Positions 36,461-49,802 of a stretch of 64,000 nucleotides of DNA are shown piece after piece. The stretch lies in contig JAYWIR010000002.1 of the NCBI GenBank assembly GCA_036172245.1, positions 5,208,001-5,272,000 on the forward strand. Reading direction: 5' to 3'. The notes under the pieces are model-generated. The model was not told where the DNA came from, searched no databases, and saw nothing but the letters and a program-made list of their open reading frames with translations. The stretch is from Raillietiella orientalis (taxonomy: Eukaryota). The translations under genes were made by a program, and so were the position numbers. Numbering within the stretch: the stretch's first letter is position 1; each line of letters opens with the position of its first letter.

Positions 36461-39400
36461 GTAAGAGCCCTCTTTCCGCGCGGATGCGAAGCGGAGTTGG
36501 GACCCAGGGAAGGAAGGAGGGGAGAACGGCGCGCGGCGGGTCCCTCGCACTGCTGGCGGCAAGGCTCAGCCTCATTCACCCTTTCTCCTCACCCTGGGAA
36601 GGACTCGGGTTAGGCCTCCTCCGGTGACGGGAAATGGAGGAGGGGACGTACGCAAGCCACACGCAATCCCCCCCCGTCCCCCTCCTTCTTCCTCCGCCGC
36701 CATGCGCTGCCCGCTTGGCCTCGATCCGTGACCTCCTCCTCCAGGAGATGACTACGCACCGGCCGGGTCGCGTCCCTCGGATCCAGCAAGCCCGGCTCCC
36801 AGGATTACTAGCTCCGGAACAAGCAAACCACCACCCGCCTTCCCGTTCGTAGGGTGCGGAAGCTGCGCCTCTGACTTTCGAAAAACTTCGCTGCGGGTTT
36901 CCGGCCCACCAGAGAGCGGGGGTTGCGCGGGGGTAGAGAGGAAGAGCGGTCCCCGACTGCTACTTGCGTCCGGATTGTCCAGGTGCATCTCTGTTTGTTT
37001 TTCTCTTCCCCTCCCATCCCCGACTTCATCTTCATTTCCCGTTTCCCCTGGTGCAGCCCCGAGCGGACACGCCTGTGGGAGAAGGTGGCCATGCTGACCA
37101 CTTCGGGGTAGCGCCACCGTCGTCGTCGCCTATGCGTAGCGAGGGGACGCGAGCGAGGACGGCGGCAGACGATGAGGAGTGCTCCGAGTAAGAGTGTCCT
37201 TCTCCCTTCCCCTTCCCGAAGAAGGCGAATCCCCTGGACGCAGTCCTCCTTTTTCGTCGATCTTCCTCCTCTTTTCCATCGTCACCGTCGTCATCATCAT
37301 CATCATCTCCTTCTTCAAGCTTCTCCCTCGCGACGGAACTTGCCTTTCCACAGATGATGTTTTTCGGATAACCGGAAGTCACCCGACCCTGGATCGCTCC
37401 ACCCCCATCCCCTCGAACCCCACAGTTTTCCCGGAAGTTCCCCTGTCCTTCAGAGGGGTTGTTCCTTCGAGAGGGAAGGAGGCAGTGAATGCAGAGGGCC
37501 TCCTCCCTTTCCCTCCTCTTGCCTCCTCGAGAAGGCGCTAATGACGAAGGCGGCGCGCGTGGCACCCGTCCGACGAGGTGACGTCAGCGGCACGTGCTGC
37601 CTTTCGGGAGACCGGACCGCGGCGACTGACTGGGCGGAAAGGGGGCGCCGGCTGGTTCTCGCGGGAGAGTCACGAAGGAATGTCCGCCTTTCTCCCAGAA
37701 CATTCTCCCATACCGGGAAGCACAAAGTTGGTGAGGAGCGGCCGTTGGCCTCGAAAGGTCACCGCACTCGCAAACGCACCGTCCTTCCTGCGAAGCGAGT
37801 TCTGTCGTCCCTGCTCCCCTTCCACCCGAATCCTACTCAGAAATCACCGCATTCCTATTTTCTGCGACGGCGTCAAGAATCTCCGAAAACCTGGCATCGC
37901 TCTTCACCCTCCTCTTCCTCCCTTCCTCCTCTTCCTCCGCAGGGGCTGACCTGCAGCAGGCAGGGGACAGTTCTCCTTTCGCTCTTCTTCCTCATCCCAC
38001 TCGTTCAATTCCACTGCGTTCCTCCCCGGTTCGCTAGCACGTTCCTCGGAGGATCCCTCAAAAAGCGTCGCCTTCCTCCTCTCCCCTCTTCTCGTCCTCG
38101 ATCGAGTTTCTCTGGAAACGCATCTGCCGCCGCACTTGGCGAGGAGGTTGAGGAACCCAGGAAGCGTGGACATCCCTCCGCATGAATAATGCATCCGTCT
38201 GGTGCTCTCGTTAAATCCGATCTGCATGGGCAGCGCCATGAAACGAAGCCTCGGTGCGGTTTTCAAGATTTATCCACCTCCAAAGAAGATCCGTTGTCCC
38301 CCTTCAAGACAAGCAGGCCGAGGAGCAGGCGGAGCGCAGGTGTTGATATCGGAGAGGAAGCGGGGAAGAAGGAGGAGGAGATCTGCTCCGGGAATCGAAT
38401 TTCGGTCCTTCGCCCGTGTAACGTGGAAGGAAGCTGAGTCCGTCGCTTCGTCTTTTCCCTCTTCCCACACTTGCGTATTCCCGGAGCGAGACCTCCGCGG
38501 CCTCGTTCCTGAGAAGGGGGAAAGCGGTGGTCGCGAGGCGAAGGAGGGAGGGGAGGTGGAGTGCGGTGGTGACCCGAATTACGGGGCTCTCCTCACCCCT
38601 TCCTTTCCTTCGTGCCTTGCTACCCGTCCTCGCTTCTCTCTCCCCCCGACCCACAGCAAGATCTCGAGAAACCTAGTCTCGAGAGGTAAATTCCGGGAGA
38701 ATTTCCCTTTCTCTTCCCTCCTCTCCCCCGCCCCATCCTCCGCCGCCCATGTGGATGCGGCATCACGCCCTCATTCTGTGTTGCTTAGGCGGCGCACGCG
38801 GACGTCCTTTTGCGGGGACGTGAGGTCGAGGTGCCACAAGGGCGGTGCAGCGAGATCTTTCAGCATCTCTTCCCGGAAGATCTCCTGCAGTTCGTATCAG
38901 AGAGTTCAAATGCAAGTGTGTATGATCCGCTCTCTAGACACACTTCCCTCCGGATGAGAAACTTTTTTCCTCCGGAGAGCTGCGCCCTCGAAGCAGGGCG
39001 GAGTGCCGAAGGGCGCCTGCGCAGCGTGCAAGGTCGAGGGAACTGGCAGCGAGCTCTAGCAGTGCGCTGGTCTAGGCGGGGACTGCTTCCGCGTCGTCGG
39101 TGTTTCGAGGCCGCTTCGGGTCCGGGAAGCGCAGCTTGTTTCGGAAGCTGAGATCGACCGGGAGACCCAGGGTGCTTCGCGCTCAGCGCTCCTTGGATGC
39201 GCTGGTGGCGGGTGAGCTCGACCTTCCCCAGGCAGCAGAAATCTAGTGACCGCCGTCCTTGTTTTGATCTCAAGAAAGGATGCGGAGCACCCTGGCACGA
39301 ACCCGCCTCCCCGGAAAGGCGATTCAAGGGCCTTCGGGATTCTGGAGCGCTCTTCGTGACGGCCGGTTTCAACTTCGGTCCAGAGATCGCTTTTTGGGAT

Positions 39401-40059
39401 TTTAAGACTCGTCTCTGTGATATCGCCTCGGGTGCGTCAAGTTCTTAGGGAAGACCTTGAGAGGATGCGCGGCTTGGCACCTGAGGCCGACTTTCGCGAA
39501 CGCTTCGCCGGATCAGCGGTGGTTTCCGGTCTGCTTGCAGGTGGCAGTCGAGCCAGGATGGCGTCAGAGGTCTCAGGTGACATCGCGGAAACGTTAAAGA
39601 CCACCAACTCCTACTGAGGGCAACGCGCGATCCAGGAGGAAGCGTCACCTGAGACTCTCAGTGGCCAACACCAAGGTCGCAAGCAGGACTCGAGTGACTT
39701 CTTTCGTTTCGTTGGTCAGAGGTTCGGAGATGCGCTCGAACCGAGCCTCCGAACCTTGCATCACCAGCACTCGTTGCTGAGCGACCGATCATCGGGCGAG
39801 GGAAAACAGCGGTGGTCCTGATCCCACCGCATGCGTCGACGGCCAACAGATTCGGCGCTTTCTTGCCAAGGACCATCCTCCGCGGTGAGAAATGGACCTC
39901 TTAGCACGCTCGCAGCCCTTGAGGGGCAGTCCCGCGATTCATGAGAGGCCCTTTGGAGTTCTATTAGTGACGCGGTCCGGGGAGTTGGGAGACTTTTGGA
40001 CCTTCGGTTGAAACTGTCTTCAGGCGGTGCTCCACTCTTTCGTGGGGTCGCTTATTCGT

Positions 40060-41050
40060 GCAGCAGTCAAAACAGGGGACAGTCCTGACTTTCCAGGAAC
40101 TTTTCGGCCGCCAGCTCGTCAAGGCGGAAGAACGGAACGCCTGGCGGCCTTACGAGTGGGATGTCAGGGGGAATCGAAGGTAGCAGTGATGGTGGGTTCG
40201 AAGTTCTCTGCCTCCCTCAGGAGCCGCTCGCTAGCCATCCCTTCCCCGGCGGGATCGGTACCTCTAAAAGTTGCGCTAACCACGCAGATCCACTTTGGCG
40301 GAAGACGCCGCCCTGCTGCCGCTAATAAACCACGTCCACTCCCAAGCAAGCGGTCGTTGAGCCTTCGCCCGCGGTAATGAGGTCGTCATGGCCCGGCTGA
40401 AACCTCAGAAACGAACGTACAAAACCGCAATCCAAGTGGCCGTTCTGTTTACGCTTCCGGAAGAGGTTCGGTGGGGTGTGGGGAAGAGGAGATAGGGAGA
40501 GAGAAAATTCATCTGCAGCGATCGGAGTCATCTGCCAGCTTCCCTGGGTAGTGAGAGTGCAGGCCGGAGAGCCTCCCTTTCTCCTCGCCTCCCCGAAACC
40601 GAGGCCACGCTCTCACCGTCACGACCCCCCACCGATGGAGCACACTCGTGCGATTCTCGCCGCGTCAGGAGAGCCGAGGGAGAGAGGGACGAAGGCGCTT
40701 GAGTATGTCTCCGAGATCGCCGTAGGGAATGGGGAGGGCAGTGCGCGGGCACAACCTTCCCCATTGCAAGTTTTCCAGCTTTCCTTGTAGGCGCCATGGG
40801 GTCATCAATTGGATTTCATTGAATTTTGAACCACCGTCATCAGTGAGAATCCGGAACCAACTGGAAGCGAAGAAGTTGCTGTAGGCGTTCCTTATCGCGG
40901 CCTCCTTTGCCATCCTGGTGGAATTCCAGAACTTGAACATCGTTGATAGGTCTGTTCTTCCGAAGTCGCTCGCTTCGCCTAGGGGCCTTGCCTTCCTATC
41001 TGGGCGTAGCACTTAAGCTGCTGACTTTCCCGAACCAGGTTGTTCGGTGG
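40060..41050 (-). mobile_element. Decayed non-LTR (LINE) reverse transcriptase relic in KChIP intron
   Basis: Ordered fragments KLENLQWGR..IP; HRWGVVTVRAWPRFRGG (cf. WKxAxVxPIFKKG); CGF; VDVVY*..AKVD (cf. VDVVYLDFxKAFDKV); SVLPP (cf. QGSVLGP). Many stops and frameshifts. Confidence 0.5.
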
Positions 41051-44000
41051 CAGATGTTGTTCCAGATCTCCTGTGTTCCCATTGCAAACGTTTCTGCTCC
41101 CAGTCTTCCTATGTCTTTTTCTGCATCATCTTCCGGAGGAAGATCGGAATCGAATTCGGGCATGAGGCTCAAGGAACCACTTGACATGTGGCCTATTTTG
41201 TGATGGTGCCGCAGTTCTGGGCACCATCCCCTGTACTCCTGTGACTGTCAGGATGCAGCTCCCACCCCTGTTGAGTGGTCCTGCATTCCCGGGGCATGCG
41301 TGGCAGGGACTCCTCAAAGACCGCCCCAGTGCGCAGTCCGCATGGCGCCTCCTTCCTCCGGAAACAGCGTGCGCACCGACTGCATCCAAGTGTAACGGCA
41401 GGTGCTGCGGCAGCAGCCTCAGGGAAAGCGTCGGGAAGTGGGGAAGGATGGCCAAGATCGTCGGATCGGATGGTGGATCGAATCCCGAAGGTTCAGTCCT
41501 CTCGCTTGCGAGGGAGGTTTCTCCGCTGACTTCCCCCCTGCCATCCACTTCCGAAATGGCACTGATGCGTCCACAGCGGACCAGGCTATCCTTTGCTCTC
41601 TCCGGCTGCGAAAGGCACATGGAGGGAAGGGGGTCATATCGATGAGCCGGATCAGCTGATCCTGCTTTTGGAGGGATCAACTTTCCGCGCGGCTTCCCGC
41701 TGGGGAAATTTCCTCTCGGCTGAGGCAGGGGACGCCACCTGCCTGACCTCGCGTTCTCAATGCACGTCCAGGCATACACGTCGCAAGGCTCAATTCAAAC
41801 CTTCCGAGAGGAGGTCCGCTGGCACTTTCGCAGTACCAGAGACAGGTCTGCTTTAGGGATGAACCTAACCCGCAATGACCCTCGTTGAGCGTTGGAAACG
41901 CGGTATGCAAGCCCCACCTCAAGTAGCCCCGAAGATGCGTTTTCGTGCCGTGCTGGACTCCGTCGCCGGGTATTCGCCCTGTAGAACTGCAGCTTTGCAA
42001 AGGGAAATCCTGAGGGTGCCAAGACAGGCTCCTGCCTTGGAAGGGAGCGGTGAGTCCTTGAGGTTCTTTGGTGCCCCGTAGGGATTCTCCGAGCAGCTAG
42101 CTGACTGGATTTCCGTCTCGCCTCATTGGAGAGGAGAGAGAAACAGAAAGTAGGCGGGGAAAAGGGAGATGGCGAAGGTGCTCCTCACAATGATGGATAC
42201 TCTGAGGCAGATCAAGCACGGGTAGCCCAAGAAACTGGGCAAGAAATCGAGGCGCTCCAGGAGCTCTGGAAGAAGCTGATGGCTTGCGTTTCCGAAGGTC
42301 TTTTGGAGGTCGGCAGTAACCATCGACCGTGAATTTTCCCTTCTTCAGCGCGCATCCCCTTTCCGCGGCTTGACTAAATAGTTCTGGACAGCCCTGTTAG
42401 TTTCTTGCGAGCGCCCGTGGTATCTCCTGGTACGTCATGCAACATCGCAGAAGAGGTTCTGACTTTTCAAATCCAAGGGTGCTACCTTCTGCTGCTGCTT
42501 GGCAGCCTAGGGAAGATCGAGAGAACTTGCGAAGTTTTGTCACGGGTTTCTATTTCCTTGGACATCCGGAGACCCGGTGCTTGGGAGAGTCGTTCGAAGA
42601 ACGTCGGTGATTGAGTCTGCGCTCCGGGATTTCGTGTCCTTCGGTGGTGGCGCGATATCCTTCTTTTTCCTCCCGCTCTCTTCTCTCAAGCGTCGCCGCG
42701 GAAACGGAGCTGTTGTTTCCGTCCTCTGTACCACCGGCCGAAAAAGCTCACGAACGACGATCGGCCCTCATCGCGCCCAGCACCATGTCTTCAGCTTGGT
42801 ACGAGTCAGCTGCTGCTGCTGCTTCTTCCTGGAACATTCCTCGTGGTCCGTCTTCGAATCGATTACTTCACGCTCACGTGGGAGGAGCAGCACCGAAGAG
42901 ATCCAGGTGTGCGTCTGGATCTCTTCGCTTCTGCTTCTGTGCTGCTCGCATCGGAGATTGGGGCGGACATCCTCTTCGTTCGTTCCCCTGCCCTACTTTC
43001 CGCCACACGAGTTGTTACCACTGCACGTCTTCCTCTCGGAGCGACGGACCGGTCTCCCGCTCTCTGTGCGGAGGAGGAGGTTCTTTCACTCACCCGAGCA
43101 CGTTCCCAATCCCTGCCGCAGCCGCGCTCGCGCGTCTGTTCACAGGGAGACTGGAGGAGTCCACACGGACGCCTGCTTGCGGTTGTGCGTGCGCGTTGCC
43201 ATCGCAACGTTCTCTTGCCCTGCGTGGACCTGTCGTTACAGAGCTGCCTGATTACTTGCACGTGGGTGCATCTCAGTGTTCCAGATGCCTGGGGGAGAAG
43301 CCTGGGAGCGCTTGACGGCCGTGCCGCGGTCGCAAGGAGCAGCAGAATTTTTTCTGCTGCTGCTGCACGCCAGCAGGGGAGTGGCTCATTTCGTTGCAGC
43401 CGCGTAAGAGCTTCATTGTGTTGTCACGAGACGACATCACCGAAGCTGCACCGAGACGCTCGAGAAGAGGCCGCCGCAGGTGAGGAAGAGGAGATCCCGC
43501 CGCCCGCGGAGCCGCTGCGGTCGTTGTCGACGTTCCGTTCGGTGCGCACCCCTGCCCCGTGGGTCACGACGGCAGCGCGCCGAGATGCGCGCGTACGGTG
43601 TTTACTCAGATTGTTCGCTCGCTTCCCTTTCTTTGCATCCCGGTCTTGCAGAAGATCTTTCGGCACAGACTGTTTGGTTCTCTTGCGAACGGTTCCCCGA
43701 GCGTTGTTGACTTACGGGAGAGCAGCTGCAATCATCTCAGGAAGATCAATCTTCGGATTGTCACGGGCGGAATCTGATTCCTGCGATGAATCTTCATTAC
43801 GGGGCCTCGGTCGCGATCCCGTGACGTTATGGCGCACGGACAGACTCCGCTCCGGCGGAGTCCACGGGGGTCAGAGACCGTTCCATCTTCCGTGGGGTCC
43901 TCGCCGAGCGCTGTCCGTGGGAGAGGCGGCTCCCTGGAGTTCCTCCCCTCCCACCTCAGAGGCCAAGAAAGAGCTTCTCGGCACCCTAGCTCGCCTCTCC

Positions 44001-45796
44001 GGGAGAAGAATTTCCCGATCCTATGCTCTCCTTTCCAAAAGCGCGACCCCTAGAAACGAGGTTGCTCCCGGGACTGCAGACGAGCTGGGAGCACAAGGAA
44101 TGCAGCACTGATCCGGGACGGTTCCGTCCCGCTCGGGGGCGCGTCGAATCGGCCTTGGAAAAGACGAGACTCCCGGACCAACCGCGAAGGGATACGCGGG
44201 AGACTGTCTGGGGCGTCTAGGCTGCCATATCCCTGCGATTGGGGGCGAGAAAGCTGCCAGAAGGACCCGTGGAGGAAGAAGGTTATGGCGGTGACCACGT
44301 AGGATACCGCGACCCCTCTGTGAAGGGTCCTCTTTCGATCTCCTCCTGGATCTCCTTCTACTGGAGGTGTGGGGGAAAGGGCACCCGTGGGCAGCCTCCC
44401 CGCGGACGGCGGCGGCGACCGCCGCGCGCGGACCTCGGTGAGGGACCTCTGGGCTAGAGAGGCCAGGATCACCACCGAAGTGTACTGCTTTGGTCGCCTG
44501 GTCCTGCCGTCCCTGCATGTCCTCGTCCTTCTCTTCCTCCTCCCCCCCACTCCCCCTTTTCTCTTTCTTGGGTTTGGAACATTCGGGTCGCTTGGACCCG
44601 CTGCCGGAGGGCATTTGCCTCGAGCAGTCGCTCGGCAAGATGTGTTCCTCCTGTCTCCTCCTGTCGCTTTTTGGAGAGGCCACGAGCATGGATGGTCCGT
44701 CCTGCGTGTAGGGGAGTCCCCCGTGGTCTTCCTTGCTCTTCCTTTTCCTCAGTGCTCGGGAGATCATCCTCTGACCGCCCTTGACCTGCGGGCGGTCGAA
44801 CGTCACCCCCAGGTCTCCCGGGCTGGCGCCTTTAGGGACTATCGTCCTCATGCGCCCCCTTCTGTGCCCCGAGGCGAGTCGAACTTCTACGACCTGTCAT
44901 TTTCTCTTCCCCTGCTACAGCTTCCCAGTCTCTGGCAGCGGCTCCACGGGACATGCGCACTCCAGGCACGTCACTGCTTATCCTCCTTTCTCCTTCCCCT
45001 TCCCGGGAAAACGGGGAAGAGACGGGAGGAAGCGAGGAAGGGTGTCTGAAAAAGCGATCTGTGATGCGGGCACAGAGTCCCGGGTGGTTGACCACTGGGC
45101 GCCGTTGCTGCATCCAGGCAGGGAGTGGGGAGCTTCCAGTCGGACCCGAGCTAGAAGAATCGGGTGACGAAACCCTAGCGACTCCTATTCTTGGAAGCGA
45201 AGGGAGGATAGAGGAAGAGAGGCGAGGGAGGGAGCTTAGTGTCGCCGGGGGCAGCTCTTTGGGAAGAGGTCAGGCGGGAACCCGCTCTTGGAGAACCGTT
45301 ATCTTCGGGACCAGGGCTGGCTGGGGATATGTAGGGGATCGATCCAGGTCGCCCTTCCGTATTCTCAGGTGCCAGGGTCTTCCGGACCGGGACTGCTTCC
45401 CCGGGGCTACACGACGGCGCCTCCGAGATCTATCGGGATCAACCGGTCGCGAGGTCAGAGACCGGAAGTTCTGCGAAAGTGCGGCGAGGCTTCCTGGAGA
45501 AAGACAAGGGGAGGGAGGAAGAGGAAGAAAATCCCCTCAGGCGAGGCGGATCCCGCCCTCTCCTTCCTCCTCCTCCTCCGGCGTTTCTAGCGTGGGACGG
45601 GGTGGTGAAGGTGGGAGCTGATTCTAGGCGGGTCAGTTTCCTCCCGCGGGATGAGGGGCTCCTGTCTTCTTCCAAGTTCTCGCGGCCCGCCCCTCCGGCG
45701 GCTCCCCCTTCGCGGGCTCGCAACCGGGCCCTCCACGGACCGAGGACTTCGGTCCTCCAAGGAGGGTGACCTCTGTGACCTGTCGTTCTCTTCCAG

Positions 45797-45867
45797 ATGC
45801 CTCTCGCTATGCCCACTACGTCTTCAGCAGCCTGGAGAAGTCGCAAGCCGGCAGCTTGAATTTCGAG
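45797..45867 (+). CDS. KChIP: KChIP-like exon C (71 nt), EF-hand 2
   Basis: ttctcttccAG|AT GCC...TTC GAG|GTaacc. With the G from exon B it encodes DASRYAHYVFSSLEKSQAGSLNFE (KChIP DAxxYAHYxF motif). Phases fit both neighbours. Confidence 0.93.
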
Positions 45868-46764
45868 GTAACCATGCCAATCCGGAAACTTCCACTCTTC
45901 CACCTCCCTCTCCTTCCGTGCGATTTCCACTCCCTCCCACTGTCCTATCGTCCTCATCCCTTCCTGCGTTGCCAGAGGAGTGCCGTCAACCCCTCCCTGA
46001 GGACCTCGGGACCTTCGTATGGCTTCGGGAGGGACCCCCCACCCGCTGCAGGAAAGGGTGGTGGCTGCTGGAGCCACCTCGAGCCACGGATTCCTTCCTC
46101 TCCTGCTCAGGAAGACGGGATCCTCCCTCTCCTCATCTTTTCCTTCCGGCTGAAGACAGGGAGCCTCCGAGAGGGTGCCACCACCTTGGTCGCTCCCCTC
46201 ACCCGGTCGGACGTCTCATGCTCCCTCCTGCCCCATTGACCAAAAGCCTCCCCCCAAGGTGCAACTTCTTTCTCTCGATCCTGCATGCCGGGGAAGGAGG
46301 GAGGAGGGTCGGCGATGGTTCGCAGCCTCTCAACCCTCCGGAGGATAGATGGGACCGCGCCTTGTTCCGAGGAGGGATGGAAAAGGACGAGGGAGTCGCC
46401 CTGCTGTCCCCTCGGCCCCTCTCCTCCCCCAAAATCACGAAAGGGGGGGAGGGAAACGGTCGACTTCTGCCGAGGGTGCAACATGGGCGCCTCTGAGGTC
46501 ACAGACAGAGAAATGTCAGCCTCCTTCCCGACTTCTCCACCTCTCCCGTGATGCCGCTCACGGCGCACGCACCTCGCGAAACGCCTCCTGAGCCTCAGGG
46601 CATCGATCGCCTCTTCCCACTTCACCCACCCCCTCCTCCTCCCACCACCCTCTCACAGTACCCGCCCTCCCCTCTTCACCCTACCCACGACCGACCTCGA
46701 GTTCAGAGCGCTCCTTTCCCATCCCCCTCCCCCTCCCCATCCACATTTGGCAAGCAACCCCAGT

Positions 46765-47610
46765 GCCCACCTTATTTGATCCCTCGAGTTACCACACGCG
46801 GCTTCACATCCCCTTCAAGGCTGATGCTGCGAGCACCAACACTTTGATCTTAGCCAAAAGGCCGAGAAGCGATCATCAAAGGTGCCGCCACCACCTCAAA
46901 CGACCCTCGCAGCGTAGCTGCCGGCACGTTCTGAGATCCTTCCCCAGCCAAAGTTTCCTTCCAGACACCCAGTCCCTTCCTTCGACAGGGCTGGAAGCCT
47001 GCCAATCCTTTCGCTACACCGCGAAGAAGCGTCTTATCGTCTGAAGACGGGAATCCGTCCTGCTGACGTCACTCGAAACTGCAATCACGTGGGATTTTCC
47101 GGTCGAGCGGCCGGCGCTGCAGTCGTCTGCTCACTGCGGACGCCTCGGCCGACACACCGAAGCGGCGCATTCCCGCGCTGATCCGGAAATTCCCGCACGC
47201 CGCAGCTGGGATCCTGGAAACGGCCCTCGAGTCGAACGGAACCCGCGACTTCTCTTTCGCGACCGTCGTGCTTCCTCTCGCCATCTCATCCTCCCTGCTC
47301 GCCGCCATGTTCATCCTCCCCTGAACCAGTCGTGTCGGTGGACACGCTCTCGCCGTGTTCCAAACCATCATAGCCACAGAGCCCGAGCACCTCCCCCTTC
47401 CCCATGAGAACAGCTTCCCTGCGCGCGCCCCTTGGACAGCAGCTCCAAGCCATCACCACGCACTTGCTGAGTCGACCCGCGCCCATCCTGCTCCACCCCG
47501 CACACCAGTCCATACCAGCAGGAAATCTTTCAAGTAGTTCAATCTTTCAAGTATCACGAGTCCCGACCTAAGTCCCATGCTGCCGTCATCACCTTGAAGA
47601 GCAGGGAATC
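46765..47610 (+). mobile_element. Possible decayed Helitron/PIF1-type helicase relic in KChIP intron
   Basis: PTLFDPSSYHTRLHIPFKADAAST (cf. ATLLxGGxTxHSxFKIPxxxxxxST), EAIIKGA, PGNG, LSSITSPDLSP/H..ITLK (cf. FLNSxxPSGLPPHxLxLK), in order. Confidence 0.35.
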
Positions 47611-47819
47611 TTCCCGTTGAACCACTCGGGCCAAACTCGTCATCGTTGGAAAATGGCGGTAGAATTCGATTTTGAATGTTTCGTGTGTGCAGTTATGGAG
47701 AGGGAATGGTGATTAGAACTGTTTTATTATTATTATTATTATTGAGCGCAGTGTTTAATCTATGTAAGTACTTAAAATTATTCTATCAAAGATAGTTACT
47801 TATCTTATGTAAATAAATA

Positions 47820-48163
47820 CACATGGTAATTCGATCATCATTTAACGAAATACATTTACATTTGCACCTGGCACTCTTTGTCACATTTATAATAACCTCG
47901 AGAGGGAATTAAACGTTGAGTGCAATGCATATATATTGCACTCAACTTTTAAACATTGCACTTCATATACATAAATATCGCACTCAACTTTTGAGGTCGT
48001 AAGTGTGTTTTGTTAAATTATATGTATATATAGGTTGTATTGCGTTTTCCGTTGAGCCTAACTATGTTATTCATGTACTAGGCCTATATGACACTAAACT
48101 TTTTATTCTTTCTGAAAATTATTGTTCCTTATCTTATGTAAATGTTGATTGAATTACCATGTG
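47820..48163. mobile_element. TA-flanked MITE (Tc1/mariner-type), 344 bp, in KChIP intron
   Basis: 25-bp TIRs CACATGGTAATTCGATCATCATTTA vs the reverse complement of 48139-48163 (23/25). TA on both sides. AT-rich island in a GC-rich intron. Confidence 0.8.
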
Positions 48164-48691
48164 TATTACCCATCGATCGTCTCCATGAGAATGTTTCTCG
48201 ATGGTGAAGACCAGAGGGACCCAGCGGGAAAGTTGGGTCCGGGAAGGGTTTTGCAGCCTCCTCGACACGGAGATCGACCGGCTGTCATGCTGGCCTCCCC
48301 TCGACATCCCTCAAGAGGTTCATTCCTCTTCGGAGCTAAGGACGTCCCCATGGGGCGGTTGGTTCGAGAAGAGACCTCTTTTCGAGGAGGGCGCAAAGAG
48401 CTCCTCCCGATCGCTTGCCCTAAACCGACGACCTGGGCTGGTAGGGGACCCACTCGAACAAGGAGGTGGTGGGGTGGGATGGGGGCGGGAAGGGGGAGGG
48501 AAGAAAAGCCGCTTCCGTCGTTTCCTGATGGGTGTGAGCGCGAATTGCCTCCCCTCTGATTCACGCACTGCGACCGACCTTCCCACCCCGGGCTCGCCCC
48601 ATTCCGAGTTCCCCGGAAGCTGCGAGAGAGCCTTCCGCCCACGCGTTCCTCTTTCCGCTTTCTTTCTTCATCGTCCTTTTCTCTTTTCCAG

Positions 48692-48904
48692 GAATTTCTG
48701 CTCGCGCTGTCCACCCTCTCCAGGGGTCCCCTCGACGAGAAGATCAGCTGGATCTTCTCCCTGTACGATCTGAACAAGGACGGCGTCATCACCAAGACCG
48801 AGATGATGGCAGTGGTGTCATCCGTCTACGAGATGCTGGGGGCGTACACGAAGCCCCTGGTGACCGACTCGAGCGCGGCGGAGCACGTCAGCAGGATCTT
48901 CAAG
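48692..48904 (+). CDS. KChIP: KChIP-like exon D (213 nt), EF-hand 3
   Basis: Long pyrimidine tract, ccAG|GAA...TTC AAG|GTagga. Encodes EFLLALSTLSRGPLDEKISWIFSLYDLNKDGVITKTEMMAVVSSVYEMLGAYTKPLVTDSSAAEHVSRIFK, with the canonical loop DLNKDGVITKTE. Confidence 0.96.
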
Positions 48905-49802
48905 GTAGGAGAGGGGAGAAGCGGGGAAGAGGGTTGTCGCGCGCTTTCCGCGGGCGCCGTGGGTGCCGCCGAGGCCCCGGCAGTAAGGGAGGGCGAGCTT
49001 CCGGCGCCCTTCCCCCCTTCGCTTCTTTCCCTTATCGCCAAGGGAACCAAGCGGGGCTGCACACCCATCACCGCCCACCGCTGCCGCCGCCGCCGCCGAT
49101 TGCGGGGCTCCCGGAAGCAGCGAGGTTCTGACTTCCGGGAGGAAAACCAGCGCCGGCCATGCATCAGTCGGCTTGTCAGAGACGTATCTCGCGGAGGAAT
49201 CTCATCCAGCCCGGGAGACGGAAGGATTGGGGGAGGGGAGAAAAGCGGCGGGGATGAAATTTCAAGAATTCAATCAGGGGACGGGGTGTTCGAATGTTCG
49301 CCTGACAAATTCCCGGTGATGGATCGTGCTCCAGGGAATAGTGCCTTTCTTCCCGTCGCGCCGAGTTCTCGGGTTTCCAGGAGCCACGAGGCGATCTCGC
49401 GGGGTGGACCGGAGGCGCCGAGGGGGGGGGGGGGTGCGATCAGGGCACGGGGAGCGCCGCCAAAGGGAGGAAATGGGTTTTCGGGATTGCATCGTTCCCC
49501 TATTGCGCCAGAGGTTCCCTGCCACGCTCCGAAGGAGCGATCCCCCCTGGATCTCTTGGCGAAGCTCTTCGCATCAGCGGCAGCTCACTCGTCAGGGTGC
49601 AACCAGGGCCCTCTCTCTCGGGTAAGACATCGCCCCAGTTTCCTCAGGCAACTCCCCAGCGGCTCCGCCCCCTCTGCGATTCTCAGGGCGCGAATCGAAG
49701 GGTCTCTCTCTTGCAAGAGGAAGGAGAGGGAGGGAGAGGGTGGTGCTCCCTACGGGAGTCCAGGAGTCGGGGACCCTTTTGAGCTCCGTGCGCCTTCCGC
49801 AG

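Noticed and set aside
36745..36853. Possible cassette exon after KChIP exon B (ctccAG|GAGATGACTAC..., open in the right frame)
   Set aside because: No convincing phase-1 donor, and it would insert an unrelated peptide into the conserved core.
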